From positions 981,211 to 1,045,210 of the forward strand of contig NC_083427.1 in the NCBI RefSeq assembly GCF_020745735.1: 64,000 nucleotides of DNA. The letters are read 5' to 3'. The translations under genes and the position numbers were made by a program. The first letter of the stretch is position 1. Each line of letters opens with the position of its first letter. The notes under the pieces are model-generated. The model had not been told where the DNA came from. It was given only the letters and a program-made list of their open reading frames with translations, and did not search any database. This document shows positions 1 through 9,499 of this stretch, piece by piece. Source of the stretch: Hemiscyllium ocellatum (lineage: Eukaryota).

Positions 1-133
1 TTTTGAAGGTTCGTCCCTTCACGCTGAGGATATGCCCTCGTATTGAAGCTGTTGTGCGAGGGAAATTATCTTCTGCTCATACACTGTATACAGTTTTATC
101 AGTATTCAGTAAGATTCAATGACACTCCACCCT

Positions 134-1395
134 TATTCTTCGAAACTGCATTGCGCTCAAAGGCAGAATCTTCAACTGATCTTCATAAGATAAGCCTGGT
201 ATCCAGTGGATCATTTTTGTAAAGCCTCTGTGGACTCCCTCCAATGCCACACGTCCTTCTTTAGACAGGAGTCCAAAACTGCCCACAATATTCCAAATGT
301 GCTCCTAATGGACCCTTATACCCTTGTCCCTCAAACTATCATTGTATAATCTGTGACGTTGGCAACAATGCCCTCAGTTCCTTCGTTTAGATCTTTTATG
401 AATAAAGTAAATAGTTGTGGTCCCAACGCTGACCCTGCAGAAATCCAGTAGTCACTGGCTACCATCCTGAAAATGACCTCCCTATCTCCACATTTTTCTT
501 CTGACATCAGCCAATTCGCCACTTATGTCAGTGAGTTATGCCAAACACTATGGCTCTTATTTTATTTAGCAGGTCTCCATGCTTGTCAAAATCAAAGTAC
601 ATCGTGTTTACTGGGTCTCCTTTGTCTTACTTGATGGTTGCCTCCTCAAATAATTTTTTTTTCAGATTTGTAAGGCATGGCTTCCATTGACGAAGCTGAA
701 ACAACCCTATTTTATCATCACACGCAAGTATTCTGCAATCTTACGTTGAATAATGGACATGAAAATCTTACTAACGACCGAGGTTAGGCTAATCAGCATA
801 AATGTCACAGCTTTTGAGTTAAATAATTCGTTGCAAGAAACTGGACATTAACAGATTACCATTTATCTCTTTCTTAGATAAGCTTTCTTAGAGAAGCAAT
901 ATAAAATGACAAAGCCATTATAGCGTTAATTAGAACAAAGAACAAAGAAAATTTACAGTCCAGGAACAGGCCCTTCAGCTCTTACCCTGAGCTGATCCAA
1001 ATCTATTGTCTAAACCTGTCGGCCAATTCCTAAGCATCGGTATCCCCCTGCTCCCCACCTACTCACGCATCTGTCCAGACACATCTTAAATGAATCTACC
1101 ACGCTTGCCTCTATCACCTCTGCCAGCAATGCGTTCCAGACACCCACTGCCCTCTGTAAAAGTACTTGCCGCGTGTATCCCCCTTAAACATTTCAGCTCT
1201 CTCCTTGAAAGCATGACCTCTCGTATAGGAAAAACCTTGCCTTTATCTATCCTGTCTATACCCTTCATGACTTTGTAAACCTCAATCAGGTCCCCCATCA
1301 ATTTCCTTTTTTCTAATGAAAACAATCCGAACGTTCTCAACCTCTCTTCATACCTAGAACCATACCAGGCAACATTCTCGTAAACCTTCTCTGCA
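134..1395 (-). mobile_element. CR1-clade LINE remnants, including a 3' end with (AGAACA)-type tail at about 934-950
   Basis: Minus-strand ORFs with RT C-terminal motifs (FIKDLNEGTEGIVANVTDYT; YEERLRTFGLFSLEKRKLMGDLIEVYKVMKG). Borders approximate. Confidence 0.75.
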
Positions 1396-1588
1396 CCCTT
1401 GCTGATATATCTTCTTTCAACCAAGTCTCTATGATTGCAATACGTCATTCTCACAGGCACCAATACAAGTCCTAAGTTTATCTACCTTACACACAATACT
1501 CTTTGCATTAATGTAGATACACTTCAGGCCACCAGTTCTTTTGCATTCATCTGTTATCTGCCTACTCTTCCACTTATTAATGTTACCT

Positions 1589-1860
1589 TTATGATCTTAC
1601 ATCACTAGTATCTGCATCACTGTCTAATTGTCTTCTCTTCTGGTTTCCACCACGCCTGGCACATTCGTTTAAAACCTTCCCAACAGTACTAGCAAAAACT
1701 CCCCCAAAGACATTTGTTCCAGTCTGTTTCAGACGTAGACCGTCCATTTTGTAATAGTCCCACCATCCCCAGAACCGGTCCCAATGCCCAACAGATCTGA
1801 ACCCCCTCCCTCCTACACCAACCCTCAAGCCACGTGTTTATCCTGCCTATTTTTCATTTC
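1589..1860 (-). mobile_element. CR1 ORF1 remnant (SGNH/esterase-like domain)
   Basis: GFRSVGHWDRFWGWWDYYKMDGLRLKQTGTNVF resembles the GF..HW..FW....Y..DGLHL...G motif of CR1 ORF1 esterases. Confidence 0.6.
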
Positions 1861-2249
1861 TACGCTGGCTATCAATTGACATGTGCCTTGTGTAGTTTCA
1901 GAATACTCTCCTGAATCATTGGAAACAACGGATCAGACGAAATTCGATAGAAGGCTGATTTTTCAGACTTGGTTTAATTAAGAAGCTGTTATTGAGGAGA
2001 ACTCGGCAAATAATAAGTGAATACCATAAAATGAATCATTGCGATCCAAGATAAAAGTTAAGACACACGAATCAGTAATAATATTGATTATTATCATGAT
2101 GTTAATAAAGTAAAACATTCTCACATGCAGAAAAATCTGGCTGTCAGAATGCATAAACCACAGACGGCTGAGAGCCTCTTATGGACATCAATCAAGGAAG
2201 TTAAATGAAATCTATGTGTTTTTGTGACAGCACTGCACTGCAACAGTAT

Positions 2250-2760
2250 AACAGCTTCTGTTGTACAGGGCATTGCTAAGGTAAACATCAGATATATATT
2301 GGACAGTGTTGGTCACTGTGCTTATGGAAATGTTAATGAGAAAGAAGAGAAAACAGGGGAGAGAGGCGAGGTCTGTACATTCTGGAGTTAAGCAGAGACA
2401 GAAGTCACTTAAGTGAAGCATATGGAGTGCTGAGGAAAATAGGTGGGGTCAATGATGAAAGATTGTTTCCTTTTTTGGGAGAATAGAGAAAAAATATCAT
2501 AGTTTTAATACAAGGACTCGACCATTTCAGACAGACATGAAAGAGAAATAATTGCTTATATATTTGTGAGTCTTTGTAATGCTCTTCCACAAAGACAGAG
2601 AAATCAGAACGGTATTAAATATTTACAAGGAAAGGTAAATAAATTTTTGATTTCAAGTGGATGGAACATTATTCAGTATGAAGGCATGTGGAGCTGAGGC
2701 AAATTTCAGATCAGCCATCATCTTCTTGAATGCTGTAACAGGGCTAGAAATGCTGCGCAG
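2250..2760 (+). mobile_element. Decayed CR1 3' fragment
   Basis: Similar to the 3' RT/UTR of other CR1 copies in the window. Confidence 0.55.
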
Positions 2761-4277
2761 GGTGTGGGGGGCATTCTTGTTGCCTCTTCTGAAGATATAA
2801 ACGGATAATAATCAGGAACAAATTAGATATTACTCAGTTTCAGCCAAGCAGCCTCAAAAACTTCGATTCCCTCCACTCCACCTCCACATGGCAAACAGCA
2901 TGCGATGATGCTGAATGTGTTTGCATTTAAAACGGGCACATAGACTACACTGAAAACGCTAAACAACGCTAGCAGTATCTGAGAAGAGCAGAAAAAAAGT
3001 TAAGACTTCACGCCATGTGTTTTAATCGGAGCCATCTGATGAAATATCATGATATGAAACTCCAACCCTGGTAAAAGTTTTCACAAAATCATAACGCTGT
3101 CTGTGAGGGTTGTGCCTGCTTCCCCAGGCAAAGATTTTACATTTAAACGTATATGCACGGCTCCTGTTTCCAGTTTATGCAATCTCTCGAAGTTCTCTTC
3201 TCTATACAAACATGTTCCGGCTGTTCATAATTCAAATGCACTAAATATGGACCAACAATTGCAGTGCTTTGAAAAAACAAAGCTCATTTCCAATGTAATC
3301 ATCATATTAATATTTCCACGTTAGTCAACATTCTGTACAATCGTTGGTGCAAGCTTTGAAATCACAGCACACAAACTCTTTGGTGGAGTCAAAAGCTGAT
3401 CTGTGATATCGTGTTGGAATTTATCATTTGCACCATTTTGAATTGATTTAACAAGCATGAACTGGAATTTCATTTGACTCTTTGTGCAATCCCACCAAGC
3501 TCTAACGTTATGCTCAAAAAGAAGCCTTCCTCAACGGAACAAAACACTTTTAACAATTCAATGCGTATCGAATCCTCCTTTGATTAACAAGTGCCAAAAA
3601 AACATTTTACACTTTCTCCTGAGTTCTGTCTGCTGCTTTTAAACTAAATCACACCAATCTATCAATATCGTCTTGATCTTCCGAATTGCGAGCCATTTTT
3701 TCAGTTGAATAGAACATTCAACTTTCAGCAGTACCATCTCGAAGATTATTCCCAAATGGATGATGTCAACTTGACGAAAAGCTTCTATCCATTTTTAAAC
3801 AGGCTGAATTTCGTCTCTTTTCTCGTGTTTTTTGTGTTCTGAATTCTTGAATTGACTTCAAAGACCAGTTGCAAGTTTTGAATTCTGCAAAATCTGTAAT
3901 TACTTTCATAGCTACTAACAGTCAAAGACTTTCAAATATTGACACACATTTCATACGGAATTTTCAAGAAACGAGTGACGCAAATTAAATCTGGTGTTTC
4001 TAATTTTATGGTTCTAGCAACCATTGCATGCATACATAACATTGCGTGGCCACTCGGTTGTCAGAGGTCACCATGTGTGGGTTTCGGTCTTAATTATTTA
4101 AGTGCCCCCTTTGTTCATGAATTCGCTGCCTGAACTTGACAAATGTTCATGGATATGGAATTAAAATATCACCAAGTTAAACACAAGGAAATAAGCACAT
4201 GCTGTTAATCTCTCTATTCTCAATTGATGCAGATTTCCATGATGTGATGTTGGTTCGTCTGCACACAGCTCAGCCCA

Positions 4278-4359
4278 TCACGATTCGTGAGTTAGAATCA
4301 ACGTGATTGGTTTCTCGCTCCACATGATGCAAATGAACAGAGCCTCCCGTGGTTTATTA
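4278..4359 (+). promoter_or_regulatory. Candidate IgNAR V promoter: TCACGA-T-TCGTGA palindrome (4278-4290), ACGTGATTGG CRE-like/inverted CCAAT (4301-4310), E-box CACATG (4321-4326), perfect octamer ATGCAAAT (4327-4334), TATA-like TTTATTA (4353-4359)
   Basis: Motifs read directly 90-170 nt upstream of the leader ATG. The octamer is the established Ig V promoter element; function of the other motifs is inferred. Confidence 0.6.
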
Positions 4360-4449
4360 GGTTGGAGCTCCGACACACGCTGTTACACAGAACAGGTTTT
4401 AATTCCAGCATTGGCTGCGTATGAAGTTCTGTTTCCTGGTGCAGAAACA

Positions 4450-4492
4450 ATGAATATTTTCTTGTTTTCGTGCCTTTTAGCCTGGTTACCAA
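4450..4492 (+). CDS. IgNAR: IgNAR leader exon MNIFLFSCLLAWLP(N)
   Basis: ATG at 4450, hydrophobic signal peptide matching the IgNAR MNIFL..LLA.LPNVFT pattern, phase-1 donor A|GTAAGT at 4493. Confidence 0.95.
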
Positions 4493-4618
4493 GTAAGTAC
4501 TTTTTCTCATAGATGTTCCACACATAAGGACCATGTTCATATTATTGAAATTTCCTTGTCTGAAGCTCTCCCAATGAGAAATAAATGTCATGAATTAAAT
4601 ATATTTTTCTCCGCACAG

Positions 4619-4893
4619 ATGTCTTTACTGCAGGGGTTGAACAAACACCGAGAACGACAACAAAGGAGACAGGCGAATCACTGACCATCAATTGCGTTCT
4701 AAAAGATTCCAGCTGTGCATTGGATAGCACGTACTGGTATTTCACAAAAAAGGGCGCAACAAAGCAGGAGAGTTTATCAATGACTGGACGATACTCGGAA
4801 ACAGTGAACAAGGGCTCAAAGTCCTTTTCTTTGCGAATTCGTGACCTAACAGTTGAAGACAGTGGTACATATCGCTGTGAAGCGTGTAGTTGT
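4619..4893 (+). CDS. IgNAR: IgNAR variable exon (vNAR, type II: extra Cys29 in CDR1)
   Basis: Acceptor CACAG|AT. Translation (N)[91 protein letters not shown] shows canonical C22, W36, C83, the deleted CDR2 typical of vNAR, and ends at the RSS heptamer. Confidence 0.97.
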
Positions 4894-4931
4894 CACAGTA
4901 ATAAACCTGATCTTCCACCAATACAAAAACA
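4894..4931 (+). other. V 3' recombination signal (23-type): CACAGTA - 22 nt - ACAAAAACA
   Basis: Heptamer 4894-4900, spacer 4901-4922, nonamer 4923-4931. Confidence 0.93.
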
Positions 4932-5131
4932 CCTTCAGATCTTCCGTGAAGCAAATTTGCCTTGTTTTGGCTTGTCAACGCTCAACATGCACTTTGTGGC
5001 CACTGCTCATGATACAGAATCGCAGGAGTCAAGTTCTAAAAGATTGTTAACAAAATTCAGGAGGGAAATTCAGAGAAGGGGCAGTTGGATATTCAGTGCA
5101 GTTGTTGAACTTACAGTTATGTGCAAGCATT

Positions 5132-5212
5132 TAATTTTGCACTGGGATGTATCACTGTGACAGTTTGGATGACCACAGCAATCGAGAACTCGACGTCTGT
5201 AATACAGAAACT
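5132..5212 (+). other. IgNAR: D1 segment (5160-5173, ACAGTTTGGATGAC) with 5' 12-RSS and 3' 23-RSS
   Basis: 5': TAATTTTGC (weak nonamer) - 12 - CACTGTG (5153-5159). 3': CACAGCA (5174-5180) - 23 - ACAGAAACT (5204-5212). Confidence 0.88.
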
Positions 5213-5401
5213 ATCAGCACACATTGTTACCAGAACCGCAAACATTTTGATTTATTGGTTATCAGGATGGCCAGCTACTCCGGAGTTTGGATGGATATCA
5301 AATTTGGTTTTCTGAAATAAATGTGAGAAGGTGCACATTGGTAGGAATCCAGATTGCAGTTTGTGCATCTAGTTGGTGTTTTTGTCTGAATGACAATGGG
5401 A

Positions 5402-5479
5402 AGTTTTTACAGTGCTGTGTGTGACTGTGTTATTGTACTACCACAGTGACTGTTCTTTGATTCCCTCAATACAGAAACG
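5402..5479 (+). other. IgNAR: D2 segment (5430-5441, TTATTGTACTAC) with 5' 12-RSS and 3' 23-type RSS
   Basis: 5': AGTTTTTAC - 12 - GACTGTG (5423-5429). 3': CACAGTG (5442-5448) - 22 - ACAGAAACG (5471-5479). Frames LLYY / YCT / IVL. Confidence 0.92.
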
Positions 5480-5804
5480 CCCTGGCACATGTGAATCCAC
5501 TGCTCATATAAATTATTACTTGCATGCTTAAGTACCTCATGCTGAAATATTTCTTGCGACTTTTAGGGCCTGGCAACTGCTATCGACCGATTTTCATACT
5601 CCTTTAGCTGATTATTGTGCGACTGTTAAAATCGTATTCACAAAGCAATATAGATAAGAATCCACGATTTGAAGAGTGGCTGAAAATTATAAACGTGACT
5701 GGGAATACAATATATAAAGGGAATGATTTGCGACACAATTGCTGTATCAATCAATCAATATCCTGGAGCATTTGAAGAATCTTCACTTATTTTTGCAACA
5801 ATGG

Positions 5805-5872
5805 ATTTCTTGTGCTGGTGTGAAACAATGTGTAGCTGTAATTACACAGTGACACAAGCCAGAGCACAAACC
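5805..5872 (+). other. IgNAR: D3 segment (5833-5844, TAGCTGTAATTA) with 12-RSS on both sides
   Basis: 5': ATTTCTTGT - 12 - CAATGTG (5826-5832). 3': CACAGTG (5845-5851) - 12 - GCACAAACC (5864-5872). Frame 2 encodes SCN, resembling the SCDY motif common in vNAR CDR3s. Confidence 0.92.
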
Positions 5873-6187
5873 TCTCGGACAGTTGTTCCTTTTTCTGCTT
5901 CTTATTAACATGATTCCATAATCAACTTTCTGTCATGAATGCTGCTTCATAGAGTTAACATCAATTCCAATTCGTTCCATTCTGGAATTGTGTACAAGTT
6001 TCACGTTGATTATAGACCAGCATGCTAGCGTTTCCATTGTCACCCAAACTGGCATTGGAGATAGTGGGGATACGAATGGATATAAATTGTTAATAAATGA
6101 AGATTTGTTAATGCTGTGAACATATATGGAAAATGGGAGAGAGGATTTGTTTTGGTATATTGATTATAGGACGTCTGCTTCACTGAC

Positions 6188-6226
6188 ACTTTTTGTATGG
6201 CGTTGAATGGGAGCTGATGGACTGTG
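6188..6226 (+). other. J 5' 23-RSS: ACTTTTTGT - 23 nt - GACTGTG
   Basis: Nonamer 6188-6196, spacer 6197-6219, heptamer 6220-6226. Confidence 0.92.
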
Positions 6227-6303
6227 ACAACTGCGACGAAGGAAGCGGGACCTTTCTGACAACTGCTGCGAAGGAAGCGGCACCATTCTGACTGTGGAAC
6301 CTG
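6227..6303 (+). CDS. IgNAR: IgNAR J segment, elongated by an internal 32-bp tandem duplication: QLRRRKRDLSDNCCEGSGTILTVEP
   Basis: FR4 motif EGSGTILTVEP, phase-1 donor CCTG|GTAAGT at 6304. Units 6227-6258 and 6259-6290 differ at 4 of 32 nt. Confidence 0.93.
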
Positions 6304-8305
6304 GTAAGTGACCCTCTTGCTACTTATCGCTACGATTTTGCAGTTTAGTAAGAAAAAACGTTTTCTTGTTAAAACAGGCTCAAATGCACAACGTGAGATT
6401 CAGAACATTTTCTAATCGACATGGTTTGCTTGCTAGAAATTATGTGTCTTCCAATTCAAACTCATTTGCAGATTTTGTTTGAGCAAATTTATGCTAATAT
6501 ACAAATATAGACGTAAATGCAGCTGAGAACAAGGCAATACAGAATCTAAATGTTAAACTTGCTTGGCATAGAGTATATAAGATTTTATTTGCGTAGATGA
6601 TGGCTTTAGCTGTTTACGCAGGAAACTGCCCAAGATGTGAAGCTGTACTAAGGCATGTCAGTATGACAATGGTATGCAAAACGTCTAATCTGAACAATTA
6701 ATGCAAGTCTAGATTGAAGAAAACTTTCTGCTAACATTAATGTTTTGGATTGTCTCTAAAATCAATGTTTTGAAAGACAATCCTCATTATTTAACATAAT
6801 TTCGATTACATTAACATTATCACAAAATCAACAAATGGACCGTTCAAATTTGAAGCTGGAACAATTGTAGCTCACCAAACCTGGGCTTGGTCAAGGTTGA
6901 GGTGCTGAATTTCGTCCTCTCCAATTCCACAAAATGGTGAATAACTGTGCACTGATTTAACCAGTGCCCTATTTCAGACAACTAGCGGAGAGTAATTTCA
7001 CTGTAATTTAGCGCGAATCCAGATTATCTGAAATATGCTCTCCCAGATACATGTCCATTTGTGGGTCGAAGTTTGTTGTGTTTAAGATGGTGTCGAATAT
7101 TTGAGAACTTTGAACCCACTACAGCTTTACTGTAAAATGTTTACTTGGCATTAAAGTGGAAATCATGTAGCCCATCTGTACGATATTAATTCTTAGAGTG
7201 GAATAGTCTTGCCTTGCTGATAATATTAATTGCTGTCCAATTTAATTCTTTTAACCACGTCAAGCTAAATAGTGTTTTGCCTTGCCCTCATGGATCCTCA
7301 GGACATCATACCGAACGAAGTAAGATCAATAGGTCGATGTGTGCATGACAGCATTGCTTTTGTGATGCAGTCACCTTGCTGTCGTATTCTTGGACAGGTA
7401 TTTACGAGTGCAGGTGATAATAGGGGAACCCCAAATCAGTAGTTCATAATTGACAACAACGAACAAAAAGGGTCAGAAATCAGGTTTCACCTGACACAGG
7501 GGCAGAGATCAGAAAGTTTGCGATTTAAAAAGAAAACTTGTTTGACCATAACCTGATGTCGTGTGACTTTTGACCTTGTCCACCCAGTTCAGCACAGGCA
7601 CCTCCGAATTTAAAAAATGCAGCTTTGCCGTGGTATCAATCCCACAACAGGAAGCATTCACTCCACTAAACAACTTCTGCAATTTGGGCAATCTCAGACT
7701 AATGTGTGAACACAGAAAATTATTTTAGTGCATCTAGAGGGTGCGTAGAATAGTTTGCCCCGGCAGAAGGTAGTGTTGAGGAAAGTGTTAATCCTTTTAA
7801 CTGTCCATCCCCTGAGATGTGATGGCCCTCAGGTTAAATCACCAACAGTCTTTTCCCTCTCATGAGAGAGCAGCCCCTGTGGTCTTGTAAGAATATGGTG
7901 TCTCAGCCAATAGCTTCATTTTTTTTCAGTTAATAGTTTGTTTGGGCATTCCATGGAATGCTGAGATGATGAAAACCGAACTTCAACTGTATTTAACTGA
8001 AATAGACGACAGAGATTTTCTGGTTTACTTTGACAGTTGTTTTCTCTTACTGTAAACATTGAAAAAAAACCAATTGTTTACTGTCTATGCTAGTTGCTTT
8101 GAAATGAAAAAAAAATCCAAGTTTCCCAGCGGTATGAAGTTAATCTCTACATTAATCACTATCTTCTAGCAAATTAGTGTCGGTGGTTCGAACTTGTTAT
8201 TTCATTACGATGTCTGTCAGTATTTACAGAGTTCTGTCATTTTCATAGTTCTGCCAAATATTAATCACTGTAATGCACCAGCTTGTCTGTGATGCATTCA
8301 TTGTG

Positions 8306-8453
8306 GGGTGTAGGTTGGCTCGCTGAGCTGTAGGTTTGATATCCAGACGTTTCATTACCTCCAAGTGAAGGAGGTAGCCACTGATGATGTTACCTAGCCA
8401 AGTAATGAAACGTCTGGAAATCAGACTACAGCTCAGTGAGCAAATCTACACCC
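8306..8453. mobile_element. Penelope-like terminal inverted repeat (arms 8306-8358 and 8402-8453) enclosing a hammerhead motif
   Basis: GGGTGTAGG...CCAGACGTTTCATTAC is the near reverse complement of GTAATGAAACGTCTGG...CTACACCC. A CTGATGA...GAAACGTC core is present. Confidence 0.75.
8378..8417 (+). ncRNA. Minimal type I hammerhead ribozyme motif (Penelope pLTR type)
   Basis: CCA-CTGATGA-T-GTTAC(CTAGCCAA)GTAAT-GAAAC-GTC-TGG: 3-bp stem I, stem II, loopless palindromic stem III (ACGT), GUC triplet. One extra nucleotide follows the core. Activity is not demonstrable from sequence. Confidence 0.55.
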
Positions 8454-9499
8454 TAAACCTCAACTTGAGCTACAAACCTTGCGAAGTATCAATTATTTCG
8501 TGGAAATTCCTTTCCTTTCAATTAATTCTGGGAATTCTGCTTTTTAAATGAATCTTGCATGTCTAAAGTATATCTGTTTTGTAGATTTTTTTAGAAAGGG
8601 ATATGGGCTTCGCCAACTGAGGCAGCTTTCTTTTCGTTTCAACAAAGTAAGGGTACAATGCACTTTACCCTATAAGATATGGTGTAAGCTGACTCCGTTC
8701 TTCATTATGATTTCGCAAGTCTATTGTAGTTATTGGCAAGTTGTACCAAACCCATCGTTCAGTCCGACATGCAGTTTTGTAAAAAAAAGTTACAACCTCT
8801 AGCTGCTGGACAGAGTTCATTAATTCTGCCTTTCCTTGAATGTCTTCCATATTACTGGGAAATTGTATCCGAACTTCATCTGATTTGCATTTTTTAAATA
8901 GACCGAATCATGGCATATCCACGTACATATGCAGGATTCAAGTATCAATTCTGTCAGGAGGACTGTAACGCCATTCCGGCAAAGGCAATTTTTCATTCCA
9001 GGGAATTGTCAGTTAACCCTTATCTGAACGGCCTCTGATGCATTTACATCTCACGTCACTGAGATGACCAATCAGAAGCACCACACAGTCCAGGAGGAAT
9101 CTTTTATGTACCTGGTTTATCTGAAACAAAACAAGCTTCTGCACATTCCCGTCCAGTTTCCCATTTGACAAATGACATCATTGTTTTAGTTTTCTGAATT
9201 ATTTGCTGGCCAGATGTGCTAACGTCAAGTAATCCATCCTTTTGGACACCATCGTCTTTCTGCAACTCAGAGTTGCACAAAATGTCATCATTTTGATTGT
9301 TCTTTTCTATTCCTCTTGCTAGGTATTCATCCCTTTCACCGAATTACTACATTGGACGTCATTTTCCGTGTTCTTCGTCACACGTGGCAAGATATTCTTG
9401 GAGTTTAATTGGCCCTCTGATGACCTAATGCCTCGTTTTATTTTTGAGAGTTTTTCATGTTTGGCAAACGGAGCATGTCCCCCTTAATTCAACACATAA

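Noticed and set aside
5377-5385. Extra nonamer-like TGTTTTTGT upstream of D2, suggesting a fourth D or dual RSS
   Set aside because: It is 37 nt from the D2 heptamer, and no heptamer lies at 12 or 23 nt.
4619-6303. Classification as type I vNAR because of J cysteines
   Set aside because: There is no FR2 Cys (Y35 before W36), and the J Cys are not at the FR4 position immediately before G-x-G. Cys29 indicates type II.
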